Source: Psammoneis japonica
Taxonomy: Eukaryota
DNA length: 64,000 bases
Direction: 5' to 3'
Assembly: GCA_008632985.1 (NCBI GenBank)
Contig: QPGO01000190.1
Coordinates: 1 to 64,000 of the forward strand
Shown here: positions 12,767-24,431 of the stretch, in pieces
Layout of the letters: every line of letters begins with the position of its first letter
How positions within the stretch are numbered: the stretch's first letter is position 1
Notes under the pieces: generated by a model
Seen by the model: the letters and a program-made list of their open reading frames with translations, nothing else
Told to the model about the DNA's origin: nothing
The model's database searches: none
Made by a program: the position numbers and the translations under genes

Positions 12767-13530
12767 GAGGCCTTTGTCACGGTCCATGATTATGACATTG
12801 TCTTCGAGGTTCTGGTCATCAATTGTACTCTCAACACACTAGCCAACTTGACGGTGGAGCTTGCCACGATGGGTGACATGAAGACTATCAAACGCCCGCA
12901 GTCTCGAAATATTGGCCCTCTTGATCGAGTTTGAATAGGAAACTCAGCTCAATTACATTGTCGAGTCGACCAACATGCGTTACCTCACTCCGCACGACAC
13001 GACGGAAACGGGAAGCTTCCTTGCCGCCAACCTCTACGCAAGAAGGTAAGACAGCGTTTGTTCTCGATGCGCGCTTGCCGATTGTTTCCCGGTTTCGCGT
13101 TGGATACTGCATCACACGCTTTTTCATGAGAGTGTCTGTTAATACCGGGAGAAAGAACTTCTCGCGAAACTGTCGCCACAGACAAGGTGCCTTGCGACGC
13201 ATTCAGCACTATTGCATGCACGAGAGCGTGCCCGTGTGGGATCAGATTACGCGTACTTTAACGCGTTGGTGTATCATGTCTATTAATTTGCTGATACAAC
13301 TCGAGTTTCGTAGTCTTTGAACTGCCAACTAACACAAGCGTGCTTTCGTTGTTTTTGTATTGTCTCTGGCGAAGATGCCCTCGTTAATGTTTCGATCGAG
13401 AAGAAGGACGACAATGATGGCAAGTAGGCTGTGTACAAACGAACTCGTTCCAAGACGCAAGGTATTGCTCCGAGTTTGGGGGATCACATCACCAGCGTTC
13501 AGAGATCCACGCCCGAAGCCAAGCAGTTAA
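12767..13530 (+). pseudogene. COPB1: Coatomer beta subunit (beta-COP) C-terminal appendage relic
   Basis: Manual translation: EAFVTVHDYDIVFEVLVINCTLNTLANLTVELATMGDMKTIKRPQ (from 12767) and GEDALVNVSIEKKDDNDGK*AVYKRTRSKTQGIAPSLGDHITSVQR (~13370-13505); in-frame stops; N-terminal part of the gene absent. Confidence 0.85.
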
Positions 13531-14486
13531 AAAATAAAATGGGATGGAGAACACAGAGTATATTGTAAACTGATAGATACCACTTCTTCAGACACTGCAT
13601 GAACTAGCCGCACTGGTATGTAGACTACCGTATGTTGATCCTGCTCACTACTAGAGGCTTCGCTACCTCGGTTTGGTTCCCGGACTACTATACCACGAGA
13701 GGGTCGATCGCTTCCTTGACGCCAATCGGGAACGGGCCATAGAAAAAGAACCGCTAGGTTGGGCATTATCAAGTCTCTCGTAATATATATGGTTATTTAT
13801 GGGGACCCATTAGAACAAGAACATTTTGAAAAGCTACATGAATATGAATAACAAAGTTCTATAGACGCCACGGAATGGTTTCCTTCGTTTACTACCATAG
13901 AGAGGAGCCGCTATCCTTTCTAACGCATATACAAAGCCATTCCGTGACGCCAATACTTACCTTAATATTTCCATTCTTCCACAGTCCATTCTCCGCATCC
14001 GAAATAAGTAAAGGGTTTTGGTTCATTGACTACCGCGGGTCTTGAGCAAATACAGAGTCGCCGAGTCGTTAAAGCACCAATCATGCCTGGTACAAATTTT
14101 GTTCCGGAAAACATAAGTCGCGGGGCGGGACCCACTGTTACTTGAACCTTGGTACTTTAACAAAGACTGACTGCCGCATCGCTTCAAGTCGGGTGGTCGA
14201 ACCGGGGCATAGTGTGTGATTCTATGTTGTGAAATGAAAACGGAAAGCAAGGTCAGTAAACAAGTTTCAAATGAAAATGGAAAGGAGGCACGGAATTGAC
14301 TTACATTGGGGGTGCATTCGAATGTAACGGAACGCGACGAATGCACCCCATGGTATTTTGAATTGCACGACAAATTCGTGCAATGTTGGCGAGTCTTTGA
14401 TGCGCATAAAAGTTGCATTGTAACATGAAATGGAAACGAGAGATGCCCCAATGCAAGCTCAGTTTCCAATGGTCCAAAACAAGCAG

Positions 14487-16589
14487 TCAATGAGCCTGGC
14501 GGCGACTCATGATCCTCGCGGATCTACGCACGACACGCCCAGCATTAGACGATAGAAAGACGCTGCCCGTTGCTCCACCGAGCCTGGGCGAGCGTCTCAA
14601 AAGGACAGGTTGGGTTTGTTTCTCCTCGTTTCTCACGACAGCGACAACATCAACCGGATCATCATTTTCAACTGGAAACTCAGCGTTCTCCAAACTTTGA
14701 CCCTCTCCTTCTGGAACAATTTCATGTTGCACTAACCCATTGTCCACAGGCTCCTCCCCGTCGTCCATCGGTTCTTCCTCACCCAGAGGACCATTCAAAA
14801 GACATTGTTAGGCTCCTTGATTGCATTCTCCACAACAGCAGGAGCCACTTCCTCCATGGCCATCGGCTCCTCATTCACAGCTGCCGGCACAGCTGGGACC
14901 TCATTCAATGCATCATCAGGCTCCTCGATTGCATTCTCCACAACAGCAGGAACCACTTCCTCCACAGCCATCGGTTCCTCATTCACAGCTGCCGGTGCAG
15001 CTGGTTCCTCACTCAAGGCATGTCAGGCTCCTGATTGCATTCTCCACAACACAGCAGGACTGCTTCCTCCACGGCCATTGGCTCCTCATTCACAGCTGCC
15101 GGTGACACCGGCTCCTCATTCAATGCGTCGTCAGGCTCCTCAACAGCAGAAACCACTTCCTCCACAGCCATTGGTTTCTCATTCACAGCTGCCGGTGCAA
15201 CCGGTTCCTCATTCAATGCATCGTGAGGCTCCTCGACTGCATTCTCCACAACAGCAGGAACCATTTCCTCCTTGGCCATTGGCTCGTCATTCACAGCTGC
15301 CAGTGCAACCGGCTCCTCACCAGCTTCAAGAGCTGAAACAACTTCCTCCACAGCGATTGGAATGCTGATGTTGGCGTCGGCCGGTTCAATGGCCGCTGGA
15401 GTCCGCACCCATCCACGCCAATGATGACACCTTGGATGCACTTGACATTCACAAATGCATTGGTCTTGAACGCGGTCAAACTCAAGCCATGCCACAGCCA
15501 ATTGCTGTTCATTTAGGGTGGGAATGATGTGGGTGCAACGTGGACGTCAGATTCCTCTTGGAACAGCCATGCTGGTTGGGACTGGAGGAGCATCGCCAAC
15601 GCAAATGTCTTGAACCATCAAGTGGTCAGGTCTCCATCTAACGCACCCATCTCTTGGAACAACAACAGCCTCGGCCAGTTCAATGGCTGCCAGAGTCTGC
15701 ACCCATCCACGCCAATGGTCACATCTTGGGTGAGTTTGACATGCATGAGTGTGCGGGTTTTGTTTCAAGTCAAACTCAAGCAGCGCCGCAGTCAACTGCT
15801 GATCATTCAGGAGGGGAACAACCCGAGTGTAACATGGATGTCAAAGAACAGGTTCAGCAACCATGCTGGTTGGGATTGGAGGAAGGTCACCGACAAAGAC
15901 ATTCTTGCTCAGGTCTTCATCCGGCAGCCACTCTGAATGCGCTGACGACACTGCCGAGCCAGCTCGTCATGCTCCTCGTCGATTCATCTCAATGCAAAGT
16001 CCAACCTCTGACCCAACAGCACTGGAATCTTGGTCGCATGCTTTGGATGTCGAAGAACTTTTGGAGCAGCCATGCCGGTTGGGACGGGATGATCGTGGGC
16101 ACCGCACAGGTTCTGCAGTCCGGCAGGTCTCCATCTGACATGCACACGACAAAAGCATTTGTGTTTCAAGAAGAGCAGCCAAGGTGAAATAAACCGCAAA
16201 GGAACACATGTGGCACAATGCATGGTCCATGCAGCCACTGCAACCACGAGAGTGGCAGCAACTGCATCGCACGCTCGATCCCAGAGAAGAGTGGCAAGGT
16301 CGTCAATTTCCACAATTCGGCAGTGCAAGAAATGGACAGTGATGCCAATCAACTTCAACAAGGAACATACAAACACCACAGCAAGCAAAGCAAGGAGAGC
16401 TGTACAGACTGCAAGCACAAAGGACGCCAATTCCTCAATCATGCAGCGAATCTTGTCAACGGCAACGCACGAGAAAATCCACAATTCCCAAAGCAAACCG
16501 CTGACGATTCGGCCGTGGTTCTGCTTACCGTGAAATGCACGTAGCAGAAGATTCATAAAGAGAATGAGTAGTGCAATGTATGCAATCAT
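14487..16589 (-). pseudogene. Disrupted gene: N-terminal TM segments, internal repeats, acidic repeats and a basic C-terminal RRSxRL...RRSARI motif
   Basis: ORF pieces 15984-16589, 15547-15795, 15013-15501, 14795-15016 and 14487-14798 form one colinear reading broken by stops and frameshifts; interior is TA/CG depleted. Confidence 0.7.
14790..15360 (-). repeat. Degenerate tandem array of ~100-110 bp units encoding PAAVNEEPMAVEEVVPAVVENAIEEPDDALNEE
   Basis: tcattcacagctgcc and gcattctccacaac recur several times. Confidence 0.9.
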
Positions 16590-19500
16590 ATTGGGGTGAT
16601 AGTATCAATAAAGATAGATTGGTAATGACAGTGTTATTGTTGCAAGCAAAACTTGAAATTGTGTGGTGAGCGTGACGGTCGCTCGTTATTGTGTATGTCT
16701 GGCCCATTCGTGAATGCGTAGAGACTGTACTGGAGAAGCCCGTAGGAAATCCGACGAGTCCAGTTCGCGATTTTCGATTTCGCGGGATGGGGGCACGTTT
16801 GCATCCGGTTACTCGTAGGCTCTTGGTAGAAACAATCAGAGGCCGAGACGGATATTGCTTTTCATTCGTAATGAATGCTATCTACTTATCGCTATTCTGC
16901 AATGTTCCGGAACAAGATATCGTACTTGACGTGGGAGCAACAATGAACAAGACGCGTCGCGAGGAAAAGCACTGAAAACCAACTTGGAGACGCCACCAAT
17001 GATGACTCGTATCCACATTCAGTCAACCTCGACTTCCTGAGCTAGCTCAACAAATACTACCCCAGTCGATTGCGCTACAGAAGAATGCGCTTGTACCTGT
17101 TGAGAAAGAGACATTTCGGAGAAAAGAGGCTCTGAGACTGCGTGCCCGCTACGTGCCTTATCTTGAAATCATCCTCTGTCGTCCCTTTTCACGAACCTTC
17201 TTTCCCATCTTTCACGGCAATGCTCCCTTCAAATAACACTGGCAACGGGACCTTCACAGCGTCAAATCGAGTTGTGCGCTCGACCCAAATACTACTCACA
17301 ACATGTTCTCTCAAAGCCATCTGTTGATCTCATGATGGTAAGTATGGACTCGCAGGCAGCCCATTCTTTCGCTCGATGAAAATCGTTCATGGAGATCCTT
17401 ACCGTCCTGAAGTCGAGGAGTTGAACCATTCGGTATTCGTACCAAGTATGTTCAAAGCACCAACCAGCTCCGACGACCATTGGACGTAAAGGTGAAAATG
17501 ATGAGGATGGAGGGCTTCGAAAGATTTCTTCAAGATACACCGCAAAATGACTGAAATTTAGCAGTATGATCTTAATCATCGCCTCCAGCTGCCCACTATT
17601 GTCACCAAGCAACATAAAAATAAGTTGCCCATTGACATGTAAGGCCAATTTTGTACCTTGAGTGCATGGCTGTCCACAGTGTCAACTTGAACGTGGCCGT
17701 ACAATCCAAGAGAGCAGCCAGTCCATTGATTTCCTGATTTCAGTTGCTCAATTCTCCTGTTGCGTCTAGCCGTTCTTCAATGCTGCAGCTAGAACATCCT
17801 CATTCATTTTATACGGTACTGGTATGGTGCACGAAGCGGATGATGCACTGAATAAGACTGATGGCCCGTCGACTCGTTTCGTCACTATAGTTTGTGCATA
17901 CGATTCTTGAAACACAAGAGACAGAGTTACCAAAAAAAGTACGGTCGACAATACAAAGAGACGGACATGTTGTGACCACCAGCAACGTCTGTCTCTGCGT
18001 TCTGCGACAGCGCCAGTGTGATTTTTCACATCATACAATAGAGTTATTCGCTGGAGTAACGTTCTTCTTGAATAGAGAGTACGTGTACAGCTCCAGCACG
18101 TTATGATAACTTTGGGATAAGCAAGCGCATACATCGCTTTGAAACAATACATAATAGGGCCCTACATAAGGTGCTGCAATAAGCTGCCATTTTCGCCGCT
18201 CTTTGGTCGAAGATGGGGATAAGGTGTTTGAAGGCGGGCATGCTGTTGAGGAGCTCCCGACAGGTGTCGCGTGAGCATTCATTGAAAAAGTTGAAGTGGT
18301 AACCTACCGGTATGTATGGTAGCGTTGCGTGATGGCGCTGGATGCAGCTGATAAGGTGAATTCTGGAGCTCGGACCTCGTCATCGAAGCGGCAGTTTCCT
18401 ACGACACGATACGACGTACAGTAGAGTGTACGTAGGAATTGGTAATAAATTTGAAGATAGCAGGTTCTCACGCATCTTTTACATACGAAATCATGGTATT
18501 AATTCTACAAAGCTACACAAAAATGATAGTGATTGAGAAATTTAGCAACGGTCATGACACAAACAAAATCTCTCGAAATTCTTTCGCGCTCTTTTCGATC
18601 GATCACAACTCGTGGTCTTGCACGATGACTTGTTGTTTGCCAAGCCGGAATGCCGCAATCGCCAAAGGATGGCTCGCCCTTCCTCTGGATTGAGACCTTG
18701 CATTTGTTTGGCATTCCACAACTCATTTTGCTTTATGGCGTGTTGTCTCTAGGTGGCGTAGGTGTTGCCAGTTAAGTCCGGAGGTCGGGGCAAATCGAAT
18801 GCGTGTCTCCGGCCTGGAGTCCATGTTACTCCTGTGTCTTTGACCGTAGGAAGTTGCCTGTTCGCTTGACCCGTCAGGTCACGGCTGTTGAAACAGACAG
18901 CAGCGTTCGTCTGCGAAGCAGCAAAAGCTCGCCAAGCAGATCATACCGTTGACGGAACGCGGGGTTTGGGGTTCCGTCGTATCAGTGACATGATACGGTA
19001 AGTCTTCACTCGTAGGGAGTGTTGATTTAGCACGCGGTTGATTCGCAAGTTTTCTTGTTGTCTCCGTAGTACGTCCCCCCTTTTACATTTTTTAGAGTGA
19101 TATTTTTCACTCTGAAGATATGTAAAAGCTTGAGCTCCATCTTTTGATGGCGCTCTTGAGGCAATGTTACCCTACGCGACCGATTTCATTAGCTACTTTT
19201 GATTTTGGTGGGTTTCAATTTTTTGAAACACGCTTTGAACTTTACCAATAGAAGTAGAAAGACTAAGAGTACGGCATATAGGAATCTTTAATTGGGCGTT
19301 ACTTATTCCGTACGTACGTCTATGGACTGCGATGACGGTCGTACCTTAGCGCTTGCGGAATCGCTGTCGTCGTTTCTGTTTTTCGTACACAATACCCCTC
19401 CTTTCAACTGTGTTTAGGGTGGTCCTTTGCTTTCTTTCCTGGCCTCCAAGCTGGGGGAAAGTATGCCCCAAATCTCTCGTCGAAACGCGTTGGACCATGT

Positions 19501-20146
19501 CGGCGCTGTTTGCCTGCAGTACGGAATGTGCGAGTTGTTCCTCCGCGATTACGCTTGCAACAACGCGGTGGACTGACATACTGTAGTGCAAATTCGGCTA
19601 GTTATCCGAACAATAGCTACTGGTTCCTCCTCTAGATTGACGGAGAGCTGGCGAGAGGAAAAAGATACAAGCAATAAACTCTAGCTGAAGCTCTGATAGC
19701 CCATCCGCCTGCACTTGTTGCTTCCTTCTCCTCTTGAGTACGGTATGCTCCAATTGAAAAGTTTCTTGAGCTTCCATGAAAATGTCTTCCTTTGCTGAAG
19801 CCTGGTCTATTGCGTCTGGATCGTCGTCCGAAGAATCGCCCGTCTCTTCGGTCTAGTGCATGCCCGCTCCCCTTTGACGACTCGTCCCCTTCCGCGTCGT
19901 CACAGCCATTCACGAGCGCCCATTCCAAAGGCGTACTCCAGACCAGTTTCAGATTCGGGGAGCAGGACCCTCAATGGCTTTGTCCTGCATTTGCGTGATT
20001 ATCTTTTCGTCTGCAATGCATACCGGTAGGTAGGCATATGATTGAAAGAGATCTAGAGTAGGCCTCATCTAATGTCTCAGTTCTCATGCTCATTTCCAGT
20101 CATCAGTTACAAGCTAAGGTATGGCACCCTCGACGGATCCACTTTC

Positions 20147-22261
20147 CTATTCAGCAAGCTTCGGACGTTTGGCTGGCGGCATTTCGTCATTCTCGAAAGC
20201 TATGGGTTTGATGGGGCGAAAGGTGAAGAGGGGATGATGCACGTCGTACGCAGACGATGTCAAGTTGTGCAAGTTCACGAAAAAGAGCGGATGCGCCGCA
20301 GCAGCACCCCGCTTGCGCTTGGCGCTACCTATGGCACCTGTACTACCTTCATCCTCGACAGTTTCGTCCTGTCGCTCAATTTTATCCATGAGACAATCCT
20401 TAATAACGTCTTCTGTGATTTGTCTCTTGTCCAGCATGGAAATGATTCTGTCTCGATCGCCGCTTGGCTTGGTTTCGCTTGCGGGCAGAGCCTTTTGCCG
20501 TTGTCTCATCCCATCCAACAACCCAAACAGCGAACGACCTACATCGGGCACGTACTTGGCCAGCCGCGACTTGCGCTCCCGCATATCCTTCATGGCATTC
20601 TTCTTGGTCAAATGCGTTCGCAGTTGCTGACAACAACTCTGCAAGGCTCGTTTCACCGACTGTTGAATCTCGGTAATGTCATCACCGATATACTCCTTTC
20701 CCGTACCCTTGAAGGGAATCTTGGTGGATACAATCGACACAAAGACACCAATCTTGTCACGCTTCATGTCAATCTTGTAGCTGGACCACTTGATCTTGGA
20801 TTGAGCGACTCGTGTCGCCACATCCGCCCCACCCTCAAACAAGAGTGGAATGCGGTTGGCAAAGCGCACGACTGTGATTCCCTCCTTTTGTCCCTTGCCG
20901 CCAAGCGAGATGGCTGCTTCTACCAGAAAGGAATGCCCATCGTAGGCAGAGGGTTTGTCACGAGCCGTCGCAACCATGTCAGGCTCCAGCACCTTGCGGA
21001 TTCCCAAGTTTAAATTGTATTCTCCCAAGGGCGACAAGCAAGATCCATCCGGCGGTCGAAAGAGTTCCACACTTCGCAATAACTGCACCAACCTGGTGAT
21101 TTGCTTGTCGGACAGAGACGACGGCGACATTGATTCTGTCAAGTCGGATCCCAACTCTGTAATGAGTCGCTTCGACAAGGCCGGACTGATGGAACTCAAA
21201 TCCGTACAAAGAAACTTTTGAAGAGTCTTGCATCTTGTGCGTTCCAACAGCTGCGAAATCAGGAGATTATTCACACTTGATGGATGGTGTTTGACTTGTT
21301 GGGCTGGTGGAGGCATTTGCTCCGATCGCTTGTCGTAGCGAATCGTCATGTTTCGCTTCCTGGGATCCGACAGGTTTGTGTACTCCAACTCGAATGAGGC
21401 GTAAGGAGTAATAATCGCCAGTTGCTGCAAGTACTGTACAATCCGAGCTTTGTAAGTCGTCCAGTTACCCGCAATCAGCACTTCAAACTCTGTCCCAACC
21501 CACTTTTCTCTGTTGGGTCGTTTCGTATGCTCGATAATGCGGGGGCAGTTCTTGTAGATATCGATATCCAAAACACAAGTACTGATGGACTTGCCGTGCT
21601 CTCCTTTGTTTACCGAATGCGAAGTCTGAACGCGAATCGGAACGCCAGTCGACTTTTCACTCCAAAAATCAATGCCATTTTAGCCCCAAGCCCAAACTTT
21701 CCGCGCGTTTGTCGCACTCCATACTTTGACCCCGAAAGCACACGTCACAGCAAATCAGGGATCGCGTCGTGAGCCATACCACAGCCATTGTCGCGAACCT
21801 TGATTCGAAAGTAAGCTTCCGGTAAGGTCTTTTTCGGTTGCTTCTTTTAGACTGCTTTTTCGTATTATTCTCTCCTGTTTCTTCCGCAGCAGAAGCCCGG
21901 TAGCCTGATTCTTTTTGCCCTTCTTCTGCTTCTTTGTGAACAAACCCATGTCTTTTCGGCTGTCATCATTGGACTCGTTGGAAGTACCACCGTCCTTATC
22001 ATTTTTACTACTAGCTTTCGGAGTAAGTCCTCGCACAACATTGAATTCTTCTAGAGTCATTTCTTCAACATGAATGGAAATGTTGGGCAACACCTGAATC
22101 GATTCGCATGCATCGAGAGCATTCTCCACGAGCTCACGAAGCGTCGTGTACAAACTTTTTCCCAAGTTATCAAATCCAGCAATCGCTTGATTCTCCGCAA
22201 AGAACTCAGCGGGACTCTTTGACACTTGGACTTCTCCTTTCTTTCGACCAGACGGCGCCAT
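20147..22261 (-). CDS. TOP6B: DNA topoisomerase VI subunit B; 5' part interrupted by frameshifts and a TGA as assembled
   Basis: SPAEFFAENQAIAGFDN, ELVENALDACE, DNGCGM, SGSKY...TRGKFGLGAK, VVRFANRIPLLFEGG, STKIPFKGTGKEYI; lesions near 21898, 21845, 21745-21747 (TGA) and 21665. Confidence 0.9.
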
Positions 22262-22582
22262 TGTAAGAATAAATGGTACAGTACCGTACGTATAACGAGG
22301 CTTTGCAACACACTTCCTGTTTTGATTCTGATACTATGAATAATTGCCTCATCACCGTGCGCCATCGCTGTCGTCGCGCACCGTCGCGTTTAGCACGAAA
22401 GCGCGCTCGCCCTCCTTTCGCGCCATTTTTTTGAAATTTTCGTAGAAGTGTACTGAAATCCGTGTATGTAGGGAGCTGGGGATTCTCAGTATTGGATCTT
22501 TCCATATATCTGCGTCAGTGGGATCTTTCGACCAACCAACCACCAAGCCACGCGCTGCACGACGCACTTCAACCAATTCACC

Positions 22583-23100
22583 ATGAACCTTGGTCGACTG
22601 TCGGCTGCGTTCGTCTTTCCAGTATTCAGTAGATCCTTTACCACATCTTTCAGCAGTTCTTATCATAACATGGCTAATCCGTTTCAAGTTGAAGTTGACA
22701 GACTGCACCGGTTTTTTGTGGACTGGTTTTCTGCCAAACTCGACAAAGACGAAAAGATTCTGGAAAAAGAGTGCGCATCGTACTTTTCGGAGAACTTCAC
22801 CATGGTTCCACCGTCTGGCGCTTTATTGGAAAAGCAAATGTTGGTGCAAGGACTTTTACAAGCACACGGGTCTATTTCGAAATTCGAGATTGACATTGCG
22901 GATTTTAAAGTGTTGCACGAGGTTGGGAGGAGCGCTGCGCTGGTGGCATACAAGGAGATTCAACGAGTAGGAGAGTCACAAGAACAAACAGAACGACAGT
23001 CTACAGCCTTGATGGAAAAGTCAGAAACAGGCAAGATTATTTGGAAACACGTTCAAGAAACTTGGATAAAGCCGCCAAATCAGAAACCAAATAGATGGAT
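22583..23100 (+). CDS. SnoaL/NTF2-like DUF4440-type protein with possible N-terminal targeting peptide; true stop uncertain
   Basis: EVDRLHRFFVDWF, FTMVPPSG, YKEIQ...RQSTAL, WKHVQETW; the ORF as assembled runs on to 23353, antisense to the neighbouring carrier. Confidence 0.7.
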
Positions 23101-23146
23101 TGACGTCGCAGGAAACTCTAGTGCCGGTATTTTCCAATGTTCTTAC

Positions 23147-24110
23147 CTACAACAAGCTACGTATTCTATCATAACCAACCAACAAAGAGCCCCACTGATT
23201 GATCGTACAACATTGGGACCCAGTCCCAAGAAAAAGCCTCGCCACCCTTCCGTCTTCCAAATGCTGCTGATGCAATGCAGAGAGCTCGAGTATTTCTTTG
23301 TCTCGGCACCCACCTGCATCATCATGCGGCGCCGAACGGAATCAAATGGGTAGGACACTGTGCTCCCCGTCAAGCTAACGCTTTGAGCCACAACGATTCG
23401 TTCGCCCCAGTTCAACTCCTTGCTGTTTGTATAGTGCAATTCATTCTTGAGCGCGTCGTACCCACCGAGCAGAATTATCCTGTATATCACTCCGCCCGTG
23501 ACAGCGACTCTAATGTGTCGGCATTGGAAACAGCATAACACGCAAAATGTTGAGAAACGAGAGACTCAGACTGCCAACAACAGGTCCCAAATCATCGACA
23601 CGAACGCAACTCACCCCCAACCTTGATAAAACCCAAGCAACCCGTCGGACCTGAAAATCTTGGAAATCACATCTCTGCTTCCCTTGAATTGACGTTGTTC
23701 TGATTTTCCACGATCCAACGCCAATCGAGTACGTACAAACTCAATGGGTACAAAGCCGTCGTTGCCGTAAAGCCGGCTAAACCCCCCGACACAAAGCTAA
23801 TTAGCATTTGTTTGACCCGTTGGTTCTCCATCCTTACGGTTTTGTGAGCAACTTGCTTGTAGTAACTCATGCATGTAAAGTTGATCGTGGCCGTACCAGA
23901 CACTCGCAATACACTCGGTAGATTTCCTCTCCAAAACGACAGCACACCCTCTTGCCGATACAGTTTGGATGCGACTTGGAACGCCGACAGATTTCCCAAC
24001 TCGAGTTGCTTGACTAACTTGACACGTTCGACCGGAGCCAATATTGTTCGTGACATTGCTCCAGAGCAAGCCCCTGCAAAGCCGTCCTTCCATGATGTCT
24101 TGTCGTGCAT
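23147..24110 (-). CDS. Mitochondrial carrier (SLC25, adenine nucleotide carrier-like); one intron (~23511-23613) and two single-base frameshifts
   Basis: Three Px[DE]xx[KR] signatures: [11 protein letters not shown](E)[18 protein letters not shown]; also [11 protein letters not shown]. Confidence 0.88.
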
Positions 24111-24431
24111 ACTCTTTGCTTGTTGGTGTTTGATGATTCTAAGCCAAAGCACAGACCAGCATGGAGAATTCGAAAAAATGAAGGATAAAATTATTCGCAG
24201 AGAAAAAAAGAAATAAGCGAAAAAAGATTCTTCGGCTGATGACGGACAGAGAAAAAATCCACACAATAACAGTAGCGGCAGCGGGTGTTGCATGTAGTCA
24301 TTAATCCTATTGATGGATCATCCTCCAATCTCAAGTCTCAAGGCTACAACCACCCGATAAGAGGCTCTAAGCCATATCTCTGTCGTGATTGTTGAACCAA
24401 AGGCTAAACTGGAGAAAAGAAAAATAATAGA

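Noticed and set aside
14790..15360. CRISPR array
   Set aside because: The units are degenerate coding repeats without unique spacers; eukaryotic context and no cas genes
16975..18282. Possible decayed membrane-anchored protein gene, minus strand
   Set aside because: Protein-like pieces with many stops and no recognisable family
19346..19990. Possible spliced or decayed gene, minus strand (DDDPDAIDQASAKEDIFMEAQETFQLE)
   Set aside because: I could not build a consistent start or exon structure or assign a family
20072..21013. 313 aa plus-strand ORF (likewise 28226-28906 and 30178-30852)
   Set aside because: Antisense shadows of TOP6B, hydA and the AEC transporter
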